A stretch of DNA of 64,000 nucleotides from an uncultured Gammaproteobacteria bacterium (GTDB lineage: Bacteria; Patescibacteriota; Microgenomatia; UBA8517), in contig CAZWNZ010000001.1 in assembly GCA_964635715.1 (NCBI GenBank), positions 344,274 through 408,273 on the forward strand. Direction: 5' to 3'. Below the pieces are notes generated by a model, which saw nothing but the letters and a program-made list of their open reading frames with translations, was not told the origin of the DNA and ran no database searches. Shown in pieces: positions 33,536 to 43,339 of this stretch. Numbering within the stretch: the first letter of the stretch is position 1; every line of letters starts with the position of its first letter. The position numbers and the translations under genes were made by a program.

Positions 33536-33564
33536 TTGACAGACTTGTACTCCTTCGATATATT
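33536..33564 (+). promoter_or_regulatory. Sigma70-type promoter for the HTH gene
   Basis: TTGACA-17 bp-TATATT. Confidence 0.6.
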
Positions 33565-33676
33565 CTGCATTAGATAGATCGATGTTAGGCACACGACTAG
33601 AATAAAGTATTACGTATTACGTATAAAGTATATCAATAAAGCATAATACATAATTCGTGATTCACGATTCAATTCA

Positions 33677-33895
33677 ATGAACGACAATACAAAGAAAAAA
33701 CTTAGGCTAGAGGATCTTCCGGATTTACTCACTGTTCGCGAAGTCAGCGATTTACTTCGCGTCTCACCTTTAACCATCAAGAGATGGGGAAAGAGAGGAA
33801 AACTTCCGGCTATTCGCATTAACTCCCGCGGGGACAGGCGCTATAAGAAAGAGGCAGTTTTGTGGCTTCTAGGTATGCAAAGCAAAGAGGAATAA
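33677..33895 (+). CDS. Small excisionase/MerR-like (HTH_17, BldC-like) DNA-binding protein
   Basis: LLTVREVSDLLRVSPLTIKRWGKRGKLPAIRINSRGDRRY. Confidence 0.9.
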   Translation: MNDNTKKKLRLEDLPDLLTVREVSDLLRVSPLTIKRWGKRGKLPAIRINSRGDRRYKKEAVLWLLGMQSKEE

Positions 33896-34000
33896 CTTCA
33901 TAAATAAATTCCAATTTCAAATAAATACAAATAAATACCAATATCAAATTTTCAATTAGGCATTTGGCATTGAATTATTGGTAGTATTGGTACTTATTTT
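33896..34000. repeat. AT-rich 10-mer hairpin element
   Basis: AAATAAATAC twice, CAATATC, then ATTGGTAGT ATTGGTACTTATT; sits between convergent genes. Confidence 0.7.
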
Positions 34001-34001
34001 T

Positions 34002-35762
34002 TTAGTCCAGCTTGATTTGTAGATTCCAGAAATGAGAATAAAGTGAGTCCTTTTTCTTGAGCAGGCTTTCGTGATTCCCAATTTCCATTATTTTTCCATG
34101 TTCCATCACCACAATTTTATCTGCTCTGGCAATGGTTGATAGTCTGTGGGCAACAATAATGGTAGTTTTACCGGCACGAGCCTTCCAGAATGCGTCCTGA
34201 ATCAACTTTTCGGATTCAGAATCAAGCTGGCTTGTTGCTTCGTCAAAAATGACAATGTCAGGATCAGATAAAATCATGCGGGCAATGGCTAATCTTTGCT
34301 TCTGACCGCCGGAAAGTTTTACTCCGCGTTCACCAACCTCAGTCTCATATTTTTTAGGCAAGCTTTGAATAAATTTATCAATATTGGCAATTTTGGCGGC
34401 ATCGCGGACTTTTGAAAATGTGGGTTCTTTCTCAGATCCACCTTTCAAGGTCCGACCTTTAAAGCCGTAACCGATGTTGTACGCAATAGTATTATTAAAC
34501 AGGATCGGTTCTTGAGGGACCATACCTATAAATCCTCTCAAATCACTTTTTGTAAAATCTTTGATATTGATGCCGTCAATACTAATTTCTCCTGAAACTA
34601 AATCGAAAAATCTCATCAAAAGCTTAACAAGAGTAGTTTTGCCGGATCCGCTTCGGCCAACGAGTGCTACAGACTGTCCTTGTTCAATTTTCAAGTCAAA
34701 ATCGCTAATCGCATTTTTTACTCTGTTTTTATATGCGAAATTAACAGTCTTAAAGTCAATTTCACCATATACATGATCAATTTTTACGGGTTTTTCAGGA
34801 TCCAAAACTTCGATATCTTCATCCAACAATCCAAAGTATTTTTCTAAATCGGCATAGTTTTTGGCGATATTTCTGGTACTCCAGACAAGGTTCCAAATTT
34901 TGGGGAAAAACATTCCAATAAAGCTTATTATCAAAACAAAATCACCAACTTTAAGATTCCCAAATACAGATAACCTGAGCATTAAAAACATGATGGCAAA
35001 AACACTTATATTGATTAAAAGTCCGATGATTATATCGATAAGCCTAAAGGAATTAGCATACCCCCAAAGAGATTCTGTCCAGGGTTTAAAAGCATTTGCT
35101 AGCCTCGTGCTTTCCCATTTTTCTTTAGCAAAAAGCTTAACCGTTTCATAGTTGATCATGTTGTCCGTGATAATTCCCGAAACATTATCTTCTTCATCGT
35201 TGAACACATTTCTTTTTTCTACATTGTTTCTTATCAAGATTTTGGTGGAAATAAAGGTCAAAATGAGGGCAACAGACATAAAAATAACCAGCCAAAGATT
35301 AATTTGGCCAAAAAAGATAAGCATAGTAATAGTAGTTACAATTACTCCGATTATGTTAAAGTGGATTGTGTGAAAAAGATCAAAGAAAGCCCCATCTCCA
35401 CGCTTAAAGGCGGAAATCATACTCCCCGTTGATTTATTTGAATGAAAACTAAAATCCAATTCCTGAACATGCTTAAAAATATCAATACGAACATCGCGGG
35501 CGGCGTCCAAAAGTACAATATCTCCAAACCACGCACTTGCAACATCTGTAACCAAAGATCCCATAACTACCGCTATATAAATTAAAAGTATATTTATCAA
35601 AGCCTGATAATTTAGTCCCGGTATTTCATTTACAAAAAGTTTTAAGAAATAGGGCATTATGCTTTGGAGAACGGCTGTTGCTACGATGCAGACAATAGTT
35701 AATCCGTAAATTAACTTTTTCTTTCCTATAAATCTGAAAAAAGTCTTTAATGTTTTGACCAT
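34002..35762 (-). CDS. ABC exporter, fused permease/ATP-binding protein
   Basis: Multi-TM domain; GRSGSGKT, LSGGQKQR, DEATSQLD, AHRLST. Confidence 0.95.
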   Translation of the reverse strand: MVKTLKTFFRFIGKKKLIYGLTIVCIVATAVLQSIMPYFLKLFVNEIPGLNYQALINILLIYIAVVMGSLVTDVASAWFGDIVLLDAARDVRIDIFKHVQELDFSFHSNKSTGSMISAFKRGDGAFFDLFHTIHFNIIGVIVTTITMLIFFGQINLWLVIFMSVALILTFISTKILIRNNVEKRNVFNDEEDNVSGIITDNMINYETVKLFAKEKWESTRLANAFKPWTESLWGYANSFRLIDIIIGLLINISVFAIMFLMLRLSVFGNLKVGDFVLIISFIGMFFPKIWNLVWSTRNIAKNYADLEKYFGLLDEDIEVLDPEKPVKIDHVYGEIDFKTVNFAYKNRVKNAISDFDLKIEQGQSVALVGRSGSGKTTLVKLLMRFFDLVSGEISIDGINIKDFTKSDLRGFIGMVPQEPILFNNTIAYNIGYGFKGRTLKGGSEKEPTFSKVRDAAKIANIDKFIQSLPKKYETEVGERGVKLSGGQKQRLAIARMILSDPDIVIFDEATSQLDSESEKLIQDAFWKARAGKTTIIVAHRLSTIARADKIVVMEHGKIMEIGNHESLLKKKDSLYSHFWNLQIKLD

Positions 35763-35924
35763 ATTTTTAACCGACGCAAGAAAAACCTCTTTAGAGATGG
35801 TATCTGCGGCGAACTTTGATTATAGGCTTAGGCTCAGTCTACATTCAAGAAGCAAAAAACACCTTCTCAGGGACTTTTTAGTTGAAATTTGATATAATAC
35901 ACTTACTTTCAAGATTATTTACCC

Positions 35925-36827
35925 ATGCGAAAATTATTTTCTTTATTGTTTGTCATGGTTTTAGGTTTGAGCTTGCTCAAACCGGTGTCTGTGGTGGCAA
36001 AAACAATTACTCCTGAGCCAGTAGCTTCCGAATCGGCTACGGCCACAATTTCCGCTTCACCAACTTCCACTCCGGTTGAAGTACCAGTGGATATTACCCA
36101 AAAAAGTACCGAGTCTCTCGGTCCGCTTGAACTAATGCTGGAAAACCAAGTATTAGGCAAGATTTGGCCATTCAATCCCATTAAATATGCCATTCGTGGA
36201 GCGGTCGGGACCGGTGTTCCGGCCAACACCATAGTATTACTACTGCTTTTGCCGATAGTTACTTTTATAATTGCCTTCTCCCGCAATGTTGTTGGAATTA
36301 GAGGTTTTGGTATTTTTCTTCCGGCTGCACTCTCGGTTGTGTTTGTGGCAACAGGTCCCGTTGTGGGAATAGGACTATTTCTGATAATTGTTGCTGTATC
36401 GACAATGGTGCGTATGGTTCTTAGGAGATTTAAAATAAAACTACAGTATTTACCAAGGATGTCGTTTATTCTTTGGGCAGTGGTTGTCGGGGTATTGGGA
36501 ATTTTGTTTTTGGCACCTGTAATCAATTTCCCTGCGTTAGCCAATGTCTCTATCTTTGCAGTTTTGGTTTTAATATTACTTGCTGAAGAATTTAACCGGG
36601 CGCAGCTTGGTAAAAGTGCCAAAACTGCAGTTAATATTACTTTTGAGACTTTAGTATTGTCACTTATTTCGTATGGATTTTTAATCCTCCAACCAATGCG
36701 CGAATTTGTACTTTTAAACCCTGAAATATCCCTTGTTTTGGTTGGTGTTTCAGACCTTATTTTAGGCAAATATACAGGACTTAGAGTAATGGAATACTAC
36801 AGATTTAGAAAACTCATACGAGCTTAA
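35925..36827 (+). CDS. 7TM membrane protein of the type associated with ATP-grasp ligases (7TM_transglut-like)
   Basis: LLLLPIVTFIIAFSRNVVGIRGFGIFLP, LQYLPR, LGKYTGLRVMEYYRFR. Confidence 0.82.
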   Translation: MRKLFSLLFVMVLGLSLLKPVSVVAKTITPEPVASESATATISASPTSTPVEVPVDITQKSTESLGPLELMLENQVLGKIWPFNPIKYAIRGAVGTGVPANTIVLLLLLPIVTFIIAFSRNVVGIRGFGIFLPAALSVVFVATGPVVGIGLFLIIVAVSTMVRMVLRRFKIKLQYLPRMSFILWAVVVGVLGILFLAPVINFPALANVSIFAVLVLILLAEEFNRAQLGKSAKTAVNITFETLVLSLISYGFLILQPMREFVLLNPEISLVLVGVSDLILGKYTGLRVMEYYRFRKLIRA

Positions 36828-36839
36828 ATTTAGAATTAA

Positions 36840-38156
36840 ATGAAAGTTTCATCAATTTTAGGCCTTAACGGCAGGACTCAATTATTTGCCTACAAATACA
36901 ATACTAAACGTGGCAAAAATATTGCCAATTCAAAAATTCAGACATCAAGAGTGTTGAAGAAAGAAGGTATTCCTAGCCCGAAAATTTATAAAAAGTTTAC
37001 AGATCCGAGACAAGTTGTTGAATTTGATTGGGGAAGCTTACCTGACAGGTTTGCCCTCAAACCTAGCCGTGGGATGGGTGGAGAAGGAATTATTGTTGTA
37101 AAGAAAAAAATTACAGACAAAAAGATACTCAAGTTTGCCAAAGGTTCTATTTGGATAACCACAAATAAAGAGAGAATTACGGCCGACGACCTTAAGCTTC
37201 ATATTTTGGACATTCTGGAAGGAGCTTATTCTATGGGAAATATTCCTGATGTGGCTTTTATTCAGGAATATGTAGGCAGGGCAGAGGTATTTAGGAAATG
37301 GGCATATCGTGGAACTCCTGATATTAGAATAATTGTTTTTAATAAAATTCCGGTAATGGCAATGCTCAGGCTTCCTACAAAGGAGTCGGGAGGCCGTGCC
37401 AACCTACATCAGGGTGCTATCGGAGTTGGGATAGATATTGCAACTGGAATTACTACCAAAGCCATTTGGCATGGGGATGAAATTGTATTCAAACCCGGCA
37501 CCGAAAGGAAACTTCGAGGAATAAAAATACCCAGTTGGAACACCATCTTGGAAACAGCTGTAAACACTCAAATATCCTCCGGCTTGGGATATGCCGGCAT
37601 TGATATCGTTCTTCATCCGGAAAAAGGTCCGATGGTTTTGGAAATTAATGCTCAACCTGGGCTTCAGATTCAGTTGGCTAATATGGAGGGGCTTAAAAAA
37701 CGTCTGGAGAGGATCGAGGATTTAGATGTTGCTGATGCAGAACATGGAGTTATGATAGCCAAGGCTATTTTTGCCGGAAGATTTGAAAATAGAAAAGCCG
37801 TCGAGGAGGGTATAAAAACTATTAAAAATGATGAGATTGTAAAGATAGTAATCCCAGGCAGACGTAAAATTGAAGTGGCAGCCAAGATTGACACAGGAGC
37901 TTGGAGAAGTTCCATAGATAAGACTTTTGCTGAGAAAAATGGTTTGCTAAAAGAAGATAATATTCTTTGGACAAAAGTTTTTAAAAGTTCATTGGGGTCT
38001 GAAGAGCGTCCGGTAATAAACATCAAATTTTATCTTGCAGGAAAAAAGATTGAAACGATCGCATCGGTTTCAAATAGACGCGGACTTAAAAAAGTGTTTA
38101 TAATCGGAAGACGCGATTTGCAGGGATTTCTGGTTAAAGTGGATGATCATAAATAA
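36840..38156 (+). CDS. Alpha-L-glutamate-ligase-like ATP-grasp protein fused to a retropepsin-like (RimB-type) protease domain
   Basis: ILGLNGR, KPSRGMGGEGI, PDIRII, GRANLHQGA, LEINAQPG; C-terminal AKIDTGA...IIGRRDL. Confidence 0.88.
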   Translation: MKVSSILGLNGRTQLFAYKYNTKRGKNIANSKIQTSRVLKKEGIPSPKIYKKFTDPRQVVEFDWGSLPDRFALKPSRGMGGEGIIVVKKKITDKKILKFAKGSIWITTNKERITADDLKLHILDILEGAYSMGNIPDVAFIQEYVGRAEVFRKWAYRGTPDIRIIVFNKIPVMAMLRLPTKESGGRANLHQGAIGVGIDIATGITTKAIWHGDEIVFKPGTERKLRGIKIPSWNTILETAVNTQISSGLGYAGIDIVLHPEKGPMVLEINAQPGLQIQLANMEGLKKRLERIEDLDVADAEHGVMIAKAIFAGRFENRKAVEEGIKTIKNDEIVKIVIPGRRKIEVAAKIDTGAWRSSIDKTFAEKNGLLKEDNILWTKVFKSSLGSEERPVINIKFYLAGKKIETIASVSNRRGLKKVFIIGRRDLQGFLVKVDDHK

Positions 38157-38163
38157 CTAAAAA

Positions 38164-39072
38164 ATGAAAAAAATATTGATTCTGGTTGGGATAAAAGGAC
38201 CAAAAAAAGAACTTTTCGTTTCAGAAATTTCTGAAAGAATCGGCAAGGATGTTGAAATTACCTTAGCAGAATTTTCTGATTTATATTTTTCCATTTCTGA
38301 AAAAAACATAGATGTTGAGATAAATGACGTTCCTATTACCGACTTTAATTTGGTTTATTTCAGACGTGCAGGTGGAGGTTTTTCGATTATGGCAGCGACG
38401 CTTGCAACATGTTTAAAAGCCAAAAATATTAAATTTATCGACTCTTCTTGGGGTGAGATTGGACCTCTCGGTAGTAAATTTACGTCATTAGTGAAACTTA
38501 GTGTTCTCGGTCTTCCTATCATTAAAAGCATTTATGTCCGTCAAAAACAAATAGAAAAATATAAAGAAAGAATAGTCACAGAATTAGGTTTTCCACTTGT
38601 TGCCAAAGAGCTTTCAATGCAAAAAGGTAAAGGAGTTTACAAGATAGAATCTATAAAAGATTTTGAAAATCTTCCGGTGAAATCTTTGAGCGGATCAGAT
38701 AACCAATTTCTTTTTCAAGAGTATAAAAATTTGGGTGATGAATACAGGGTTTTGGTACTAGGTCAGAAAGTTGGAGTTTGGGAGAAAAAAATCCTGACAG
38801 TTGAAGGAGAATTCCGACACAACGTTTCTCTGGGTGCAACGGAAGAGTTTTTACCATTAGAAAAAATTCCCGAAGAACTGGCTACAATTGCCACTGATGC
38901 TGCAAGAAAATTAAATTTGCAAATAGCAGGTGTTGATATTGCAGAAGACAAACTTACCGGTAAGTATTATTTGATTGAAGTTAACAGGGGACCTGGCTTT
39001 ACATATGATACAGAGGTTTCTCCGGAAATGGATCAGATTGCAAGATTTTTAAGGGAGGAGGCAGGTAGTTAA
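38164..39072 (+). CDS. RimK/LysX-family ATP-grasp ligase
   Basis: GFPLVAK, FLFQEY, EYRVLV, FRHNVSLG, AGVDI, IEVNRGPG. Confidence 0.88.
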   Translation: MKKILILVGIKGPKKELFVSEISERIGKDVEITLAEFSDLYFSISEKNIDVEINDVPITDFNLVYFRRAGGGFSIMAATLATCLKAKNIKFIDSSWGEIGPLGSKFTSLVKLSVLGLPIIKSIYVRQKQIEKYKERIVTELGFPLVAKELSMQKGKGVYKIESIKDFENLPVKSLSGSDNQFLFQEYKNLGDEYRVLVLGQKVGVWEKKILTVEGEFRHNVSLGATEEFLPLEKIPEELATIATDAARKLNLQIAGVDIAEDKLTGKYYLIEVNRGPGFTYDTEVSPEMDQIARFLREEAGS

Positions 39073-40023
39073 ATGGTAAATAAAAAAATTGGAATAATGT
39101 TTTCCCGCGAATTTGAAGGCATTGCTCCGTTGGGACACATTGGTATCAAGAACCCTGTTTACGTTCGGCTTCTTGAATTGTGCAGGAATAAGGGTTGGGA
39201 AGTATATGTGTTGACAGGAAAAACTTACCAAGGTAACGGAATTTTCAATGGCGTTTGGCGTTTTGAAGATGGAAAATTTGCTCAGGTTTTAACCCCGACT
39301 AAAATTGATTTGGTTTATGATAGGTCCGGCGGAGTAAAGTTTCCTCCGGAGAAAGACAAAAGTTTGATTTGGGTAAATAGACGCGACTTTAAACTTCTCG
39401 CATGGGATAAGTTTGCTACATCAAAAGTGATTGGGGAGTATATGCCTCAGACTTATGACATAGGGAGTAAAGAAGATTTGCCGGAAATATTGAGTAAAAT
39501 AAAAACTGATTGGGTAGTTCTTAAACCGTTTAATGGTCTTAAGGGAATTGGGATTTTCATCGGATCAAAAGATAATGCATTGGAATTTGAATTTGATGGA
39601 AAATATAATCATTATGTTGCTCAGGAATTTGTTGACACAAGCGGGGGATTAACTGGAATCACGTCGGGAATGCACGACCTCAGAATTGTGGTTGTGAATG
39701 GGAATCCTGTTTGGTGTCACGTTAGAGTTCCTGTTGACGGGAGCTTTTTGGCAAATGCAGCACAGGGAGGGAATTTGACAGAAGTTGAGTATAACAATGT
39801 TCCTCAGTCTATTAAAGAAGTTGTCAAAAAAGTTTCCACCATTTTTACGTCAAATTATGACAATCCTCTATACAGTTTGGATTTTGGAGTTGATAAAGGA
39901 GGACGTCCATACATTTTTGAGATAAATGATCAGATGGGTTTCCCGAAATGGGAAATGAACAAAAGAGATAATTTTTTGAACGGTCTTGTGGAGAATTTTA
40001 GATTAAAACTTGCAGGGGAGTGA
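39073..40023 (+). CDS. ATP-grasp family protein
   Basis: VLKPFNGLKGIGI, VAQEFVD, HDLRIV, LANAAQGG, SLDFG, IFEIN. Confidence 0.85.
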   Translation: MVNKKIGIMFSREFEGIAPLGHIGIKNPVYVRLLELCRNKGWEVYVLTGKTYQGNGIFNGVWRFEDGKFAQVLTPTKIDLVYDRSGGVKFPPEKDKSLIWVNRRDFKLLAWDKFATSKVIGEYMPQTYDIGSKEDLPEILSKIKTDWVVLKPFNGLKGIGIFIGSKDNALEFEFDGKYNHYVAQEFVDTSGGLTGITSGMHDLRIVVVNGNPVWCHVRVPVDGSFLANAAQGGNLTEVEYNNVPQSIKEVVKKVSTIFTSNYDNPLYSLDFGVDKGGRPYIFEINDQMGFPKWEMNKRDNFLNGLVENFRLKLAGE

Positions 40024-40035
40024 TAATATTGTTTT

Positions 40036-40632
40036 ATGACTGAAAACAAAACAGAAAGATCATTTGAAGAAAGACAAACGGAACTTATAGAAAAGTTTAA
40101 AGATATTGGTAAGATGAATCCAAAAGAGGTTGAAGATAAGGATGTACCTGGCATTGATCAGCAATTAGTAAGAGGAATTTTAGTTGAATTAGGTGCAAGT
40201 TTGGAGGTCTCAGATGAAGCGAAAAAATCTTTAAGAAAATACAAAAATAGAGGCAAGAGATTTGGTCTTAATATTGTGTGGGGAGAAGAAAAGATTGATG
40301 TGTTTGAAGAGTGGGTAATAAAAGATTTTATTCCACAATATGAGAAGAAGGTTGGAAAAGAATTGCGTACTTTGTGGGACAAAGGTACACAAACTTTTGA
40401 TGACAATAAGCATTCCGGAATGATGCAATTTTTGGGTGAACTGACGGCGTATGGTGTTGGAGAAATGTCACCTGAGGAATATAAAACAAGAACTAGAAAT
40501 AGACTGTACAAAGGATTTAAGTTTGAATACGGTGATCCTTACGAGCCCCATAAACCAACCAAAAATTCTTCTATTCCACCTGAATTTCCTCAGGCAGCCT
40601 TAAATTATCTGGCTAGCCATAAGGCCGTGTAA
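40036..40632 (+). CDS. Hypothetical protein
   Basis: 198-aa charged ORF with TGATAATAT just upstream. Confidence 0.7.
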   Translation: MTENKTERSFEERQTELIEKFKDIGKMNPKEVEDKDVPGIDQQLVRGILVELGASLEVSDEAKKSLRKYKNRGKRFGLNIVWGEEKIDVFEEWVIKDFIPQYEKKVGKELRTLWDKGTQTFDDNKHSGMMQFLGELTAYGVGEMSPEEYKTRTRNRLYKGFKFEYGDPYEPHKPTKNSSIPPEFPQAALNYLASHKAV

Positions 40633-40756
40633 TAGGATTTATACATGCTTTTTGAATAAATTTTATATCCTTCAAATCGTGTGAAAGTAGATGTTTTCAC
40701 ACTCCAAACTAAATGCGAAGATATACTCCGTAATTTTAGCGGAAATTTAACCCCAC

Positions 40757-40790
40757 AAAAAATCCCGCCTTTTTAGTGCGGGATCTTTTA
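40757..40790. terminator. Intrinsic (probably bidirectional) terminator
   Basis: AAAAAATCCCGC-ctttttagt-GCGGGATCTTTT between convergent units. Confidence 0.7.
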
Positions 40791-40857
40791 TTATAGAGCA
40801 TTTACACAATCCCTCGAATTAATATAAATTCTCGGGACGCTCGGGTTGAATTAAGAA

Positions 40858-41265
40858 TTATTTTAATTCAACCTTTGCGCCTGCTGCTGTAAGTTTTTCA
40901 GAGGCTGCTTTTGCATCTTCTGCTTTAGCATCCTTCATAACTTCAGCCGGTACAGTGTCAGTCATCCCTTTTGCGTCCATTAAAGTTAAGTTAGGATTTA
41001 TCTCTCTTAAAGCTTTAATAACAGCAATTTTATTTGCTCCTGCATCTGTCATGACGACAGTTTTATTAGCACCACCTTCATCTGCTGCTGGTGCTTCTCC
41101 TGCTGCTGCCGGAGCTGCTGCTGCGGCTACGGGTAAGCTAGCAGAGACACCAAGCTTATCTTGTAAAGCGGTGACAAGTTCTGAAAGTTCCAAAACACTA
41201 AGTTTAGAAACTTCCTCAACCATTTTTTCGACTTTCTCTGATACTTTCTTTGTTTCTTCTGCCAT
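40858..41265 (-). CDS. rplL: 50S ribosomal protein L7/L12
   Basis: LSVLELSELV, Ala-rich hinge, KIAVIKALRE, AGAKVELK. Confidence 0.97.
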   Translation of the reverse strand: MAEETKKVSEKVEKMVEEVSKLSVLELSELVTALQDKLGVSASLPVAAAAAPAAAGEAPAADEGGANKTVVMTDAGANKIAVIKALREINPNLTLMDAKGMTDTVPAEVMKDAKAEDAKAASEKLTAAGAKVELK

Positions 41266-41291
41266 TATATTTTCACCTCCAATTCCTCAAT

Positions 41292-41810
41292 TTATTTCTT
41301 ACTGGCTTGGTCTAAAACGTAAACCAGCTTTTGTAAATTGCCATTTAAAGTTCCAACGAGTCCATATTGCAATCCCATAAGTGTTCCAAGAACTTGTGAT
41401 AACAAACCATCACGTCCGGGGAGAGTGGCAAGCTTGGACAAAGACTCTTTATCTTGGAAAGATCCTTCTACGACTCCGACTTTAAAATTCGGAACCTCAA
41501 ATTCTTTGGAAAATTTCCCTAAAACCTGAATGGGTGCGACAGGATCATCTGTGGCAATAATAAGAGCGGTTTGGCCTGTAAGAATATCTCCATCCAAGTC
41601 CTTACTTTTAAATCCGGCTGATTCTAAAGATCGGGAAAGAAGAGTATTTTTGACAACAACCATTTTTCCACCAACTTCGGAAAGTCGGGATTTAAGTTCC
41701 TGTTGGGGTTTAACTGCAAGTCCTGCATAGTTAACCAAAACGACAGATTTTGCGTCTTTTAACTCTGCTTTTAGATTGTCTACAAAAAATACTTTTTCTG
41801 CTTTTTTCAT
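41292..41810 (-). CDS. rplJ: 50S ribosomal protein L10
   Basis: VVKNTL and LATLPGR motifs; upstream of rplL. Confidence 0.95.
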   Translation of the reverse strand: MKKAEKVFFVDNLKAELKDAKSVVLVNYAGLAVKPQQELKSRLSEVGGKMVVVKNTLLSRSLESAGFKSKDLDGDILTGQTALIIATDDPVAPIQVLGKFSKEFEVPNFKVGVVEGSFQDKESLSKLATLPGRDGLLSQVLGTLMGLQYGLVGTLNGNLQKLVYVLDQASKK

Positions 41811-41830
41811 GGTTCGATTAGTTCTAACTC

Positions 41831-41938
41831 AAAAAAAATCGCTCCCTGGGGAGCGACCTAGATACCAGTTTTTAACGACTAGCTTCTAATTCATTCCTCC
41901 AGCGCGGCTTGGTTTGTATGCACGCTTTCTTCGGATTC
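41831..41938 (-). promoter_or_regulatory. L10 leader with attenuator terminator
   Basis: ATCCGAAGAAAGCGTG...CCGCGCTGGAGGA, then TCGCTCCC-CA-GGGAGCGA-T8 ahead of rplJ; TGTTAGAAT upstream. Confidence 0.75.
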
Positions 41939-41971
41939 TGCTATTCTAACAAAACCTTACACAAAAATCAA

Positions 41972-42754
41972 TTAATTGATTTTGATTTTGGCAGCCGGAC
42001 TCATCGTTGATTTTAAAAATACCCTTACAATTTGCTTGTCGCCGCCAAGGACTTTTATAATCGCTTCAATATTTTCGACTATTTCTTCATCCTTTTGACT
42101 TACCTTTCCGACTACTGTATGGACAAGAGGAGCTTCTCTCTCTGTTTTTAATGTTATTGTTGATGTTGAAAAAGAATTCAATTTTTTGGGATCATTAACT
42201 AATGTTCCGTTTTTGGGATTTGGCATAAGTCCTTTGGGGCCAAGAAGTCTCGCAAAAGGAACAAGTTTAGGCATCATATCGGCAGTTGCGACAAGAACAT
42301 CAAAATCAATTTTACCAAGCTTTAATTTTTCAATTGTTTCTTCACTCGCAATTTCAACTTTTTTAACTTTTCCTGCTTGGTGGGGAAGATTAGTCTGAGC
42401 TGATATTCCGGTTTTTTTCATTACCAAATGAAGTTCCATTGTTCCATCGAATTTAGAATAGGAAGTCTTTTTAACAAGTGCTACTGCCTCTGAAATTTTG
42501 TGGTACTTTTCGTGGTCAAGACCAGCCTTGGCTTCTATATATTTCTTGCCACGTACCTTTTCGACAATTTTTTTAATTTGTTTAGAGCTTTCTTGCCCAC
42601 TTGTTGCTTCAGTAGAGGATGATGGGTCAACAGGAGCTGCTTCGACAATTTTTACTCTCTCGCCACCTTTAAGTCCACTCAAGTGAACCTTTTCTTGCTT
42701 TTTATCTTTCTTGTTTTCGTCCTCTCCGACGAATTTTGTTTTCATTTTTCCCAT
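41972..42754 (-). CDS. rplA: 50S ribosomal protein L1
   Basis: SKFDGTMELH, LLGPKGLMPNPKNGT, KSTMSP. Confidence 0.96.
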   Translation of the reverse strand: MGKMKTKFVGEDENKKDKKQEKVHLSGLKGGERVKIVEAAPVDPSSSTEATSGQESSKQIKKIVEKVRGKKYIEAKAGLDHEKYHKISEAVALVKKTSYSKFDGTMELHLVMKKTGISAQTNLPHQAGKVKKVEIASEETIEKLKLGKIDFDVLVATADMMPKLVPFARLLGPKGLMPNPKNGTLVNDPKKLNSFSTSTITLKTEREAPLVHTVVGKVSQKDEEIVENIEAIIKVLGGDKQIVRVFLKSTMSPAAKIKIN

Positions 42755-42756
42755 AA

Positions 42757-43179
42757 TTACTCTGTTTTTACCCCCATACTTCTCGCTGTTCCTTCTACAA
42801 TTTTCATTGCTGCTTCAACGTCTTTGGTGTTTAAGTCAACTAGCTTATCTTCCGCAATTTTTCTGACCTGATCTTTTGTCAAAGTTCCGGCGACTTCCTT
42901 TGGCATTTTTCCACTGCCTTTTTCAATTCCCAAAGTCTTTTTGATCATGTCGGAAACGGGAGCTTTTTTGATGATAAAGTCGAAGCTTCTGTCTTCATAA
43001 ATTGTAATAACGGCCGGAACAACCTGGCCTTTCATATCAGCGGTTTTATCGTTATAAGCTTTGACAAAGTCCATAATGGAAACTCCATGCTGTCCGAGAG
43101 CTGTTCCAACAGGAGGAGCGGGGGTTGCGGTCCCTGCATGTAAATTGATTTTAACGATTGTTTTAACCTTTTTAGCCAT
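42757..43179 (-). CDS. rplK: 50S ribosomal protein L11
   Basis: ATPAPPVGTALGQHG, GTARSMG. Confidence 0.98.
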   Translation of the reverse strand: MAKKVKTIVKINLHAGTATPAPPVGTALGQHGVSIMDFVKAYNDKTADMKGQVVPAVITIYEDRSFDFIIKKAPVSDMIKKTLGIEKGSGKMPKEVAGTLTKDQVRKIAEDKLVDLNTKDVEAAMKIVEGTARSMGVKTE

Positions 43180-43272
43180 TTTAGTAATTTAGAAATTCCA
43201 AGCGAAAGAGAGCAATTTATTGCGAAGCTTTCGACTTGGTTAGTCTCCCTCAAATTTAATCGAGGTAGAAGT

Positions 43273-43301
43273 ATTATAGCAAGAGAGTATAATTTAATCA
43301 A
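43273..43301 (-). promoter_or_regulatory. rplK promoter
   Basis: TTGATT-17 bp-TATAAT with a TG extension on the minus strand. Confidence 0.7.
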
Positions 43302-43339
43302 ATAGTTGACGGCGACAAAATTCTCGATAATATATAAAT

